NCBI GenBank assembly: GCA_964036045.1
Contig: OZ038378.1
Span: 137,144,001-137,208,000 of the forward strand
Source: Eutreptiella sp. 'Long Island Sound 2002'
Taxonomy: Eukaryota; Protista; Euglenida
Direction of reading: 5' to 3'
DNA length: 64,000 nt
How positions within the stretch are numbered: position 1 is the first letter of the stretch; each line of letters starts with the position of its first letter. The notes under the pieces were generated by a model. It was not told the DNA's origin. It saw nothing but the letters and a program-made list of their open reading frames with translations, and searched no databases. Both the position numbers and the translations under genes were made by a program. Shown piece by piece: positions 51,050 through 63,035 of the stretch.

Positions 51050-51560
51050 ATGCCACCATATTGGCCCTAGCTACGTCTACGACCCCCCCCCCGGCCCCGC
51101 TTGTCTTTTGGGAGGGGGGGGGGGGAGATGGGGGTGAGGGTCGTGCTCGCGCGTGCTGTGTTTTGTTGTGCTGTGTTTTTTGGTGTCGTTGGTCCTTGTT
51201 TTGGTTGGTCCCGTGCGGTTTAGCGTTGTTGTGTGCTGTGTTGCTATGTTTGGTGTTGTGTGGTGCCCCGCCCCCCCCGCACCTCGTCCCTTTTTGCTCC
51301 TTCCCGTCGCTTGTTGCCCCTTTGCTTTGCCCTGCACCTCACCGCTCCTTCTCTTTTTTTTTGGAGGGGGGCGCGGCGGTGTGTGCTTTGTTGTGTTGTG
51401 TCGTGCCCCGTTTTTTAGTGTCGTTGCTTCTTCTGTTGGTTTGTCCCGTGCTGTCGGGTGCTGTTGTGTGCTGTGCTGCTGTGTTTGGCGTTGTGTGGTG
51501 CTTCGTGGCCCCGGGCAGGCCCCAGGGTCCCTATCCCGTTGGGCTAGACACCCGCCCCCC
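51050..51560. repeat. Low-complexity TGTG(C/T)TG pentamer-like repeat with poly-C/G
   Basis: Recurrent GTGCTGTGTT / TGTGCTGTG motifs. Confidence 0.8.
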
Positions 51561-52599
51561 TCCTCCTATGAGAGAGTCCGACACATGTCACCGTGGTGGA
51601 AGTCCTTCATCCTATAAATGTGGGTACACAAAAACCAACAAAATTACCTACAGCATTTTGAATTTTACCTATGAAAGAGGCATGCCGTTTTCCTTGGAGA
51701 CTTCCTTGGGGTGGTGCATGCTTCAAGGGTAGCAAAAGTGTACCCGGCCTATACGAAGTGCATGTAAATTTACGGGCCCTTATGACGGGTCGTCTTGAAG
51801 GCAACAACTACATGAAACGCGGCTGCAGAGAAAATTATGTAGGAGAAAACCGTCTTGTAAAAACAATGAACAATGATGAAAAAAGAGTGTCGGGCACCTC
51901 CAAACAGCTCGGTATGCAGCCCGAGTGTTATCCGACAACTCTCACCACCCCTGATTGTCAGTGTGTGTGGCCATGGGTACCACACACAGCAAGGGGAGGG
52001 TCCTTACGGCGGCCCTGCTTCCACACAGCACAAAAAAAGCAAAAATATGAAATTGTTGCCCATTAGTCTTTGAATTGGAACTCCTCCTTTGTGACAACAT
52101 GTACATAGCCGGAGACATATTAGACCAACCTACCTCATCCAAATGAATTACAGATGCACCTTCTTCACCATCACTGGTGGTCACTGACTGCTCCTTGCAC
52201 TGCTACTTGTACTAGTGCTGCCGCTGCTACTACTGCTACTACTGCTGCTACTGGAACTGGAACTGGTAGTAACTCCAGTGGTGGGCCTCGTCCTTTGTGT
52301 AGGCATTGACGGCAGGTCCTCACCGCCGTTTTGGTCAAACTCGCTACCACTCCCCTGCTCCCTAAGTGCCGTGCCCTTTAGGGCTACCCAGCATTCGCGC
52401 ACAGGGTTTCTGCGTTGGCACAGAGGGTTTGCTTCTCATGCGGGCTGGGTTAATTCGGTGTCTGAGGCGACCGGTTTCTTACTGCCTGTGGGGTTGATGT
52501 CCACTACTCCCTTCTGTCGCAGCTTACTGGACCGAAAGACCCGATTTGGTGTGCAAATGACCATGTGCCAACCCTAAAAGGTGTTAAAATCCATTGGCT

Positions 52600-53300
52600 C
52601 CCAATGACGTGTGGAGCTAAGTACCTGCGCACAGTGCCCGCACACACAACATATGTCACTAAGTCGTTGTATTCTTGGCAAGCCCGATTTCAAACTATGG
52701 GCAATCTTATCCACGCACAATGTGGCATCTAGAATGGCCTTCCACAGCGTCAACACATGCACCATGCCCTCCCGCCATGCTTTAGCAGCTCCAAAAATAC
52801 ATGGCTCAAGGATGATGGGCCTCCGTTTGTTCGCTGTAAATGACCTTGACGGTGCGTTGCCCCAGTGTGCACTAACGTCATATACAATTCGTGCGTCAAA
52901 CACTCACGATTGATGTCATCGGGGAGTGTGGAGGTCACCCGAGCGAAGCACTTGTTGAGACGGAGGTTGCCCTCACCGGCCTCGTCCGTGATGCAGACTG
53001 AGAGTCTTGGCAAGCCCCAGGTGTGCAACAGCAAATGGCAACACAACCTATATGCACATCCGCCCTCTGCAAGCTCCATAACTAGCACTGCAAGAAAGCT
53101 GTGAATTGCACCCGCTGCTCTCCATTCAATAGTAGGCATTTGGAAATCAAATGCAGATAACGACTTTGCAACATGGTGAAGCGCCAAAGCAGCAAAGTGG
53201 AAGGGTAAAGGTAGATGCATGCCACGAAACACCCTGGCTAATAGCTCACGCAAGTGGCGTCCCGCCAGGCTGAATCGGAACATAGCAATAGTGCCTCTAT
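52600..53300 (-). pseudogene. Possible protein-kinase remnant
   Basis: FLAVLVMELAEGG is a typical kinase hinge, followed by frameshifted GLAKTLSLHH.RG. No intact HRD or DFG motif. Confidence 0.35.
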
Positions 53301-53499
53301 TGTGCAAACCGTCCGGCCACTGGGCGGAATTAATCTCTCATTGATAAGAGGACGCAACTCCCAAATAACAACAGTGCCTCCACCGTGCAGACTATCCGAC
53401 CACTCCGCGCATCTGGTGTTTCATTGATACTCGAGCCCACATCCCACATAGCAAGAGTGCCTGTACTGTGCGAACCATGCGGCCACTCGTCGCGATGGG

Positions 53500-54700
53500 T
53501 GTTTCATAGATAAGAGAACCCAAATCCACCATGCGGCCACTCGGTTACTCTTCTCTCAACCAAATGCTTTGTAGTGTGATATGTCTAAGCATCACACACT
53601 ATACGTCGATAACTTCGCGTACCAAGTCCGGGCCCCGCACAATCGAGAGAGGGCCTTCTTTGCCATTGTGTACCGCCATGATCCTGAGAAACATACCCTG
53701 TGCTCTTCGTTGTCCCATGAGAAATTTGGGCGACCCATGCGTCATCCGAGACTAACATTCAGCTCCTGCAGCCGGAAGCGGTACCACATTACTATGCTAA
53801 AGGCACCATGCTAGGGGCAGAGGAAAAACCACAAGCCCGGCGGAGTTGCATTGAAAGTGCGGCATGGTTTGGTGCTATCCCGTACTCAGATGCAACTTCT
53901 GCACCTACTATGCATAAGCCTAAAATGTTGTGCCGAAGACCTTTTGAATGAAGAAAAAGCTGCACTTCCCTCGTTTAACAGAGAATTCACCAATTCACGG
54001 CTTCTTGTGGATGTTTTTTTTCCGTGATCTGGATGGCAGCAAAAACATGCAACCATGCATAGAGGCAATAACCCTGTCTGTTGTTGTTCAAGTTCGCGGA
54101 TGGTGTTGCACCGCGGGGGCACGGAAATGTGAATTTGCAAGTAGCCATCATAGATTGTTCAAGCAGTCTCATCCCCGCCATAGTACCAACATATCTGATA
54201 GCACCATGCTATTTACGTGGCAGGAAACGTCAAAAAAGGAGTTCCATGCGTGACGCATGTAGGGACACATTGAGGAGCTAAACATAGTGCAAACAATGAA
54301 AGTTCCAATCACACAAACCACCGCGGTCATGACCCCGGACTTCATGGCTGGGGATCACCATTTTTTCTGGTCCTAGACCCGCACCTATTGTTGTTCACTA
54401 TATACTTGGTCACCCGGGGACAACATTCAGAAGCTTTTTTGGGTACACGGCTTGGTGCCGTACAGAACATAGGGAACATGCAGCTTGTGCTGCCCATCAT
54501 ACACAATCTAAAGTGGATTGTGTCCCTTTTTTTTTGAATATGTGGGCGAGCCAAGCACCATTCCCAGCAAGTTGCATGGCTGTGCTTTCAATGGTGGCAA
54601 AGCGGTATGCCGCATCTAACAATGCAAAACAGGCACGTGCAAAGGCCCGGCAACGATTTGCATCAGGGATTCGGGATCTCTCTCCAATCAAACACCAAAT
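53500..54700 (-). pseudogene. Possible second non-LTR RT remnant
   Basis: RSRIPDANRCRAFARA (RP..I.N...R..A) and IRELEQQQTGLLPL (GIRQG.PLSP) positions are loosely preserved. Many stops. Confidence 0.3.
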
Positions 54701-55205
54701 GCGGCGAACGGCTGGATGGTGTGCACAATATAGGCACTATTGCTATGTGGGATAGGGGTTCTCTTATCAATGACACACCTAATGAGCCGAACGGCCGGAT
54801 GGTGTGCACAGTACACTCACTATCGCTATGTGGGATTTGGGCTCTATTGTCAATGAAATACCAATTGTGCCGAGTGGCTAGACAGTCGGTACAGTAGAGG
54901 CAGTATTGCTATCTGGCACTTCGGTTCTCTTATAAGGGATCCCAATATATCAGTTTAGGAGCGTTGCATGAAGGCAAAGCGCACCCTCACCCTGACCATC
55001 CTTCAGGGGTGTTGGGCTTGGAAATTGGGAAGCTATGTTGGCCGTGTAGGCCCGAAGGCAGACATGTAGTGTCAATAGACACTCAGTCCGCCCCAGCGGA
55101 GGTCACGCCTCGGCCCGACCCTTCGCATAAGCGACAAGTGCCAAGATTGGAAACGGAGAAACGTGTCGGCTTGAAGGCAAACCTGTTCTACAAATGTAAA
55201 CTCAC

Positions 55206-55377
55206 TAGGAACCAGCCCATTTCATCGCCCCGCTGGCGTGCTTGGCTCCCTTGGAATCGGGCACAGCGGAGTTTTGCGGGCGAGCTTGCCCTTGGCGGTG
55301 GAAGGGGCGAAGCTGCTGCTGGTGCGACTGCGCGCTCTCGGCCCAGCTGGGCGGTCTCCAGCCGACGCGCGAGCACC
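55206..55377 (-). CDS. Candidate 172-bp host exon (VLARRLETAQLGRERAVAP...RGDEMGWFL)
   Basis: GC-rich island bounded by acceptor CTCTCTGGTTCACTTTTCAG| and donor |GTGAGT. Two of the three frames are open. Confidence 0.45.
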
Positions 55378-56397
55378 CTGAAAAGTGAACCAGAGAGTGC
55401 AGGGCTGCGAAAAGTAAGCAGTGGGTGGGCACAACACCATCGCAACCTTACCAACAGAAACGAGCCAGGACCTCGGAAGGCGGGAGTGCAATAGCACGTA
55501 CTTGGGAATGGGCCTGCCTTCAACGACCCTCACAAAAGGGTTGTTGGAAGTGGCCACATGAGCAGCCCCCTTACAAGTCCAACGTGCCTGTACGAAAACA
55601 AGTGCCTCCCCCTCCCCCTTGCATAAATGTGCAAAAACTGGAAAGGTTGTGGCTGCCGCCAGGGGCACATACCCCTTGTCTTTCAGAGCAATTGCCTCCG
55701 AAAGGCGGCTAACCGCGTCCCTGTGCCAACAGCCGTTGCGCTTAGGCGCTGCAAATGCCAGAAGCGTTGTGGAGGAACCTTGAACGAAACACCAAGCTGA
55801 GTCAAGACCCTATCCCGGGCTTGGACTCGCGGGTCCCAAAAAAAAAACAAAGGGCAGTTCCTGCCACATACGTGCCGTTATATGTGAATGCGGCATCCGG
55901 GTTTGCAACCCGATGGGCCGTCCAGCCTTTTGGCTGCACAGCATCACAAAAGTTGAAGAGGCAGGATGCGCAATCATATCAACAACAAACACATCTACCT
56001 CCAAAGGGGGTTGTTTGCGGTTGTGTCCACCCCGCATGCTTAGACGGCCCAAAGTGCCCACCCCCCCCCTAAATGGACCCCCGACAAAAATGTCACCAAA
56101 TGACGGTCATCAAAAACGCGTTCTATAGGGGTGAAACTTCAGCAACAAGCAGCGCACTTAGGTTTCCCCTCGTTTTTGACTACCCCCATATACGTTTTTG
56201 GCACTTTGCGCACAACACCAACTTGAGGCTGGGCCCTGTGAAATATGGGGAAAATAGTCGAAATTCTGAGGAGGAACCCCACGGGACGCATGTGTGTCTA
56301 TGCACGCTGCAATATCACTACACCACCGGAGGCACTACTCATCGACGCGTACCATGTTACTCAAATTTTGTTTTGCAGACAGTGAAATACTGAGGTT

Positions 56398-58906
56398 TGT
56401 CTGGAAACAGACAGATCTTACCAAAACCTGCAGCACGGGGAGTAATGACAAAAAGTTGTCTGGTTCCGGACACAAGACGAGTAACCTGGTGAAAAGTTAC
56501 TGTATTCCACAAAAGGAAATGTGGTCCGCAACAAAATGTCATAAAAGAGTGACAAAGGCTTGTCAGTCGCGTGTTGTTGAAGGGAAAATCGTCGAAATTG
56601 ACCACTGGGACCCAGAGAGCAGACTGGCACGCCCACAGGGTGCCACAGTGATTACATGCTATGAATAGATATTGTGGTCACTGAGCAGGCTTACAACAAC
56701 ATTGTGCAACCAATAGCAACTGCAACAATGCAGTTTTAGTTCTTCTTCGAGCCATTGAATCGGTCCTTCCATGCCTAAAACCGAATCTTGGCCCTCTTGT
56801 AAGCTGACGACTGCGAATCGGATCCCGCAGCTGCACGCTCATCAGGAGGGGATGCCTTGGCTTTTTTGTTGCCTTTGCCTTTGTTCTAGGATGAGGAGGC
56901 TTTGTTCTCGTCTCCTTTGCGTATGCGACCACCTTTTTTGCCAGGGCCTCGTGCCTGCTTCGGTGTACAATACACAGCATTGTCTGGGGTGGTGCCCACG
57001 TCTTCCACTTTATCTTCAGACTTCTGCTCTCCCTCTGCCTTCTCAGGCACACAGCTTCTGTCCACAAGGCAACCCTCCGCAAAATTTTCAAACACTGCAT
57101 TCCACAGAGTTGGGCTCAGCCCATCAGCGATGCGTAAATTGCTGCATACAAGGGCACCAATGTCTGCAATAGACGCCTGCTCCGTGGACAAACCCAACAC
57201 CACACTGATGGGTACCGGCATGCACACTGCCGAACTGCAAGCCAGCTATACAGAACCACTGATAACCAAGAACCACAAGGTAGTTGCTTCTGAGGGTACT
57301 GTATCTGCCAGCTGTTGCATGACAAACCCAACAACCTCCGTACACAGCTGGTTCACCACGAGACCACGAGAAAAGGCAAAGTAGCTAGGCACTTGTAGAA
57401 GGGAACACTGAGTCTGACACCCCTACTGGTGTAGCTGGACTGGCCGATGTGGTTTGGTTCTAGACACTTTCCCACAATTCACCCTTTTCAGGGTGCATTC
57501 TGCCTCGTAAGTGTCTGGTTCCAGACAAACTTTAGGATTTAACGGTGCCCACAACGTAACTCTGGTAGCAAGCAGCAGGTAGCAAGAGCTGACAGTAATA
57601 CCTTCTTGGGTAGCGGATTTTTGGAAATTACCCAAAGCTCAGTGAATCCCATCGAGTACTGCCGTGTGAGAGATCCCAGAATAAAGCAAGCCACGCGAAC
57701 TGTTGTCCAACCCTCATTGTCGTGCAACTTTCGGAGACCATCCAGCACTCCCAAGACGTCACAAGCCTCGCCAAAAATGAGAACAAGCGTCCCAGACACC
57801 AAATTGCGACTGACAACGGAATGGATGCCTTCCATATGTCATTTTGAAACTTCAACGATGATCAGGCAATACGGCATGTTGGCCACCGTAGAGTGCAGCG
57901 GAGTACCAGGTGCCATCCCAGTGATATGCATGACCCCATCCAGGGACTTGCTGTCAGTCACCTCTGCCTCTGGGGCCTCACACCCAATGTTGACGGTGAT
58001 GAAGCTCACATCAGCGGCAATCTTCATCTCAGGGTACACAAGAGGACGTTTAAGGGCAACACGGAGGGGGGCATACGTGGGGTCATTCCAGATTTGCAGC
58101 AGTTACGACATACTTCTAGGGGGGCCAGCAGTTTTCCTCAGACCACTTCCAAGTGTACGTCTTGAATGTGACATGGCTCTTTGACAACACACACTGCTCA
58201 AAACGGGCCCGTTGTGCAAGCGTTTTGCGACTGGGGTCAACCAAGTCGTTGTCCGGGTGGCAGAGATGATGTTCCCACAGACGTGCAGCCTTCAGTTGCT
58301 TTGCCTTCTTTTTAATCATTGGCAGTGACACATTGCTGAAGCACATGTACTGCGTAACCTCCTCAAGGTTTGGTGGGATGAGGCCTTCCAGGCGCTTCCA
58401 AAAGTGCAGCTTTGCTGACTGTCCACGCCTCTCGAGTCCATGGACAACAACCACAGCCTTATCCCCCATCAATTGCACCCAGGCGGCAATCGGAAACCGG
58501 GCTTTTCTGACAGTGTCCTGCACAGCGAACATTGCACATGCGTCCCTAGCCAGGAAAGTTGCCCAATGCAACAACGAAGGCTATCACAGCTGTCTTGAAC
58601 CAGACACCTGATGTATTTCTACCATCACCGGACTTCACTTATGTTCTATTGCGTCTAGTACCAGACATTTGGCGCAATTCGATCATTCGCACACCAAACC
58701 GTGTCCCGTTTGCGTCTGGAACCAGACGCAACTTTTTTTAGCCTCGTCAAAGTGTGTGCCTGGACCTCCATGTCTGGAACCACACAACAACTCCCCGATG
58801 CGGCCAGTCAAAGCACAAATCCTCCTGCTGTGTTGGTACCAGGCAACACCTAATTACTGACACCCATGGAACGGAGATCAGGTCCTCTTTTGTCTCGAAC
58901 CAGACA
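56398..58906. repeat. Ten copies of a 16-bp palindrome TGTCTGGWWCCAGACA in three clusters with a ~60-bp period
   Basis: Copies at 56398, 56457; 57451, 57512; and 58591, 58652, 58713, 58771, 58831, 58891. Intervening 42-45-bp segments are not recognisably alike. Confidence 0.85.
56900..58060 (-). pseudogene. Putative beta-class DNA N6-adenine/N4-cytosine methyltransferase remnant
   Basis: Motif order fits PF01555: TVANMPY (DPPY-like motif IV), RNLVSGTLVLIF...GWTTVRV...TELWVISK, VVNQLCTEVV (QKP region), TLWFLVISGSV*LAC (degenerate motif I, VLDPFxGSGST..A). Confidence 0.4.
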
Positions 58907-59118
58907 ACAGTCTGCTAAACAGCCTTGTATGTCGAAAATTGGCTACCACCACACAGTTCGCGTAATGGCACCCTGTGCAGGCCCAGGCATACTAGTGTCC
59001 CGTCGTTCAGTGTATAGCCACCCTTCACGTATAGCACTCCCAGGTGTTCTCGTATGGATTTCTCCTCCGGTTCATCGCGGTCCAGCTCAACACGCAGGAG
59101 TTCCATCCGTGTAGACAA
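58116..59118 (-). pseudogene. ParB/Srx-like N-terminal segment, interrupted by the palindrome array
   Basis: KSIREHLGVLYVKGGYTLNDGTLVCLGLHRVPLREL resembles the ParB-like V..L...I...GY....G.I.V...DGxHR..A..L pattern. A protein-like ORF continues at 58116-58574 after the array. Confidence 0.35.
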
Positions 59119-59599
59119 CTTTGGCGAGGTCGTGGCAGACTGCAGAGCCCGCGATACGACGGGTGGTCACAGCAGTTAACCCCCCCCCCCCCGACAAACG
59201 AAGGGGCCAGTCACACAGGACAATGGGCAGGTGATGATGGACGTCACAGGCGTGGGATATTTCCCCGGTGTGGGACGGTAGCATGCAGTGTCCAAGTGCA
59301 CTGTCACAGTCGATATACCTGTGACATGCCAGGGATTGACTCCCGTATGTGCAGAGTGACATCCATGCGAACCACTTGAGCAAGAAATTGCATCGACCAT
59401 GTTGACGGTTCCAAATGGGCATTCATATACTCCCTTGCGATTCGTCGATAGGCCGCGGCGATATGCTACCCCGATAAGATGCAACACTGCCCCACTGCGT
59501 CCTGATGCGACATACCCCCCAGCTATCTATCGTCACACCACACTATGATTCGGATTTTTGATGCACTTGGTGCATTCCCGCGTAGCTTTATCATCTTGT

Positions 59600-60950
59600 C
59601 CTGGACAAGATCTTCATCCAGCACTCTGATTTGGCCATGCTCCCCTTTTTTGTCCCATTGCAGTCTGCAGATGGGCAGCAGGACCCCCTAGCCTTCAGTA
59701 TGGTCACCAATTTTCAGTTGACCATCTTTTCCCTTCGGTGTGTCACCACATTTCCGCTTGGACTTGGATGGGGCATCGTCGACGACACTGAATTGGGATG
59801 CGAGACCAACTGAGAGGTCTGCAGATGGGTTCACTGCTACCTTGCGTAAGGTCAGACGTGTTGGAACCAACGGGGCGCAAGACGCAAAATTGGTGCATCC
59901 CGCACCCGCTAAGCCTGTGCATCTCGGCCTGCATGATCGCGGAGGAGTCTGCCTGGAACAATGGTTCTCAACAACCATAAGACTTCATTTGTGGGCAAAC
60001 GCGCTGCACTTGTCAATGTGGAGAGGGATCTAGTCAACAGCCTGTGGTACAGGGCCTCACTGCCGTTGTCCACTGGTTGCGCTAGGAATTTCAAGTCCTC
60101 AGGGACAGCGGTAATTGCTGCCTTCTTTCCACTTTTCCACGGAACATGGACCATGCGGTTCGTTAATGGCCTACACGAACCTGCGTAGTTGTGACGACAT
60201 AATCGCAACCAGTCCACTGCGAATCTGCCCCCGCGTCTGCTTTTCCCCTCGCTTTGGTGGTGCCATGCTGAAAAATAGGTCCAATGTGTGGTCAAAAGTC
60301 TTCATCTGGGGGTATGCGCGGCACCTAGATCCGAGACGACTCAACATGGCCTCCAAGGGGTCCTCAGCATAACAACAGCCCGGGACGGCGTCATTCCAGG
60401 GTAACCACAAGAGAAGGGCAACACATAGGGTGCGTACGTTGGGGACGTTGCAGGCAGTGTCCATTGCCAAGGCTACAATCAATACCAAACTCCACCCCAA
60501 TACTTTGCGGGCTGTACGGCTTGTCCCTGCTAGTCCATCCCAGTTGCAGGCACGAACTAAGTTTCCAAGGAGGCACGCAGCCGGAATGTAGAAGTGCAGG
60601 AGGTTCTTCAGTCCACTCAACCATACGAGTGGTAGCTTGTGTGCTGCCTCTAGAAATTGCAGAAATGTAGTCTCCTGTGTACGATGCGGTCCTCAACGTT
60701 GTGTGTGGCTAACAGTAGGGCACAAAATTGTTTCTCAATGTGCAACAGCTTCGGGTGGCACATGATCTCGTCACCTACCGCGGGCACTTGCTGCCCAAGG
60801 TACCCCAATATGGGGAAGAACTTACGGTGGATCATGGTAGACGCATACCTATCAGGGTGCCGGCAGCCGTAGAGCATTGGGAGAGTGGCAGAGTGCTCGG
60901 CCAACTTAAAGGGGTTGTATGTCCGACTGTACATGAACTTGGCGAGTCGG
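59600..60950 (-). pseudogene. Putative DDE transposase remnant (family uncertain)
   Basis: Long protein-like segments [18 protein letters not shown]...HPKLLHIEKQFCALLLA and LWLPWNDAVPGCCYAEDPLEAMLSRLG. The latter resembles the terminal-Glu region of Transib/Chapaev/P-like transposases. Confidence 0.35.
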
Positions 60951-60952
60951 TA

Positions 60953-61252
<300 letters not shown>

Positions 61253-61479
61253 TAGTCTATTTTTTTTCCATGTCTTGCAGATTTTTGTGATGGATCCCCC
61301 CCGGCGACCAGGCGCCGCGGGGGGTACAGTGAAACCCTGGCCGGGGGGCAGCCGGGGCCTACCAGGGCCGCGCCCCCCGCGGCATATGGAGTGGCTGCCC
61401 GCGGCGGCGGCTCCTGCGGGGGCTGCGGCGGCGGCGGGTGGTCACAGCGTGGAGCCAGCCAGCCCGACGACCCCGCCGA

Positions 61480-62760
61480 TAGGGGCCAGGTGCGTGCCTG
61501 CGACATGCGTGCGACATGCCTACACAGTGTCCTGCGAAGTGTCCTGCGTAGTGTAGAGAGGGGAAAGGGCAGGGCAGGGAGGGAGGGGCCGGGTGCGTGC
61601 CTGCGACATGCGTGCGACTTGCCTACAAAGTGTCCTGCCTAGTGTCCTGCGAAGTGTAGAGAGGGAAAAGGGCAGGGGAGGGAGGGGGAGGTAGGGCGGG
61701 AGTAGAATGCCGAAGGCTGCGGGCCGGTGCGGACGGAACCAGGGCACCTGGGAGCGGCAAGGTGAAGGGGGAGTGGGAGGGGTGCCTCGCGTATTGCTCC
61801 GCGAAGTGTATGCCGGGAGGGTAAAGGGAGGACGGGGACAGAGACACCGAGGGCCACGGACCAAGGGACCTGGGAAGGGGGGCACGTGAGGACGAGGGAG
61901 GGCGAGCAGACAGGGGGCAGGACAGGGCCAGGGGGCCAGGGCAGAGAGAGGGGGCAAAGAGGGAGTGCTGCCACGCGAATTGCTCCGCATCGTGCTCGCG
62001 CTGGCCGGATGGCAGAGGGGCAGAGAAGGCAGGGCAGGGACGAGGGCGTGCCACGGCGGCATGAAGGAGCGAGCGTGAGGCAGAAGCACAAAGGTGCCCC
62101 ACAACCGAGCGAGCCGCCCGCAGTGCGCGGGGGCACTGGACAAGGCGGAGCGCCGCGGCGCGCTGCCGCAAAGCGGTCCACCCACAGAGGTGCAGTGTCC
62201 TGCGTAGCGTCATACAACGAGGGCCAGGTGCGTGCCTGCGACATGCGTGCGACTTGCCTACACAGTGTCCTGCGAAGTGTCCAGCAAGGGGTAGAGGGGT
62301 GACAGGGCAGGGGAGGGAGGGGGAGGCAGGGCGGGCATAGAGAGACAAAAGCCGCAGGAGGGTGCAGTGCGACATGCGTGCCACAAGCCTAGAGACCAGG
62401 GCGCCAGGGGGAGGCAAGGTGAAGAGGGAATGGGAGAGGTGCCACGAATTGCTCCGCGATGTGTATGCAGGGAGGGTACAGCGAGGACGGGGACAAGGAG
62501 ACAGAGGGCCAAGGACCCAGGGGCCTGGGAAAGGGGGCAAGGGAGGACGAGGGAGAACGAACACACGAGGGGCAGGGCTAGGCCAGGGAACGGGAGTAGA
62601 GGGGGGCAGCAAGGAGGGAGGGTTGCCTCGCGAAATGCTTCGCACCGTGCTAGCCAGAGCGGAGAGAGGGAGCGACGAGGGAGACAGGGGCATGCTCAGC
62701 GCTAGGCGAGCACAGAGGGCGAGGGAGGGAGCAGCGGGGGCAGGGTAGGGGATAGTTGCC
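61480..62760. repeat. GC-rich purine-skewed tandem repeat (~740-bp unit with shorter subrepeats)
   Basis: GGGCCAGGTGCGTGCCTGCGACATGCGTGCGAC...CAGTGTCCTGCGAAGTGT at 61481, ~61588 and 62221. 61740-62000 resembles 62400-62680. Confidence 0.85.
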
Positions 62761-62859
62761 ATGCGTCGTGCCGTGCGCCATGCGCGTCCAGAAACCGACT
62801 CTAACCTCAATCATGCGTCATGTCACGTCAGTCAAGCCTAGGGCAGGAGGCAGGAAGCG

Positions 62860-63035
62860 ACACGGGGGGACGGGCACCTGCGGCGCCATCCGTAGGGCCT
62901 CCCGTGCGATGACCCAACCAGTGGCGCAGAGGGGACACGCGCCAGTGGCGCCATCCACTGGACCCCCTGCGCCTGTTGCAGTAAGTGTGACGCAGAGGGG
63001 ACGGGCACCAGCGGCGCCAACCGGTGGGCCCCCTG
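62860..63035. repeat. Three ~65-bp hairpin-forming tandem units
   Basis: GCAGAGGGGAC..GC.CC.G.GGCGCCA.CC...GG.CCCCCTGCG at ~62864, ~62925 and ~62990. Confidence 0.7.

Noticed and set aside
58591-58906. Calling the palindrome array a bona fide CRISPR locus
   Set aside because: The repeats are only 16 bp, there are no cas genes or leader, and the context is eukaryotic TE sequence. Kept as a CRISPR-like finding only.
61480-62760. rDNA intergenic spacer
   Set aside because: No rRNA gene sequence anywhere in the window.
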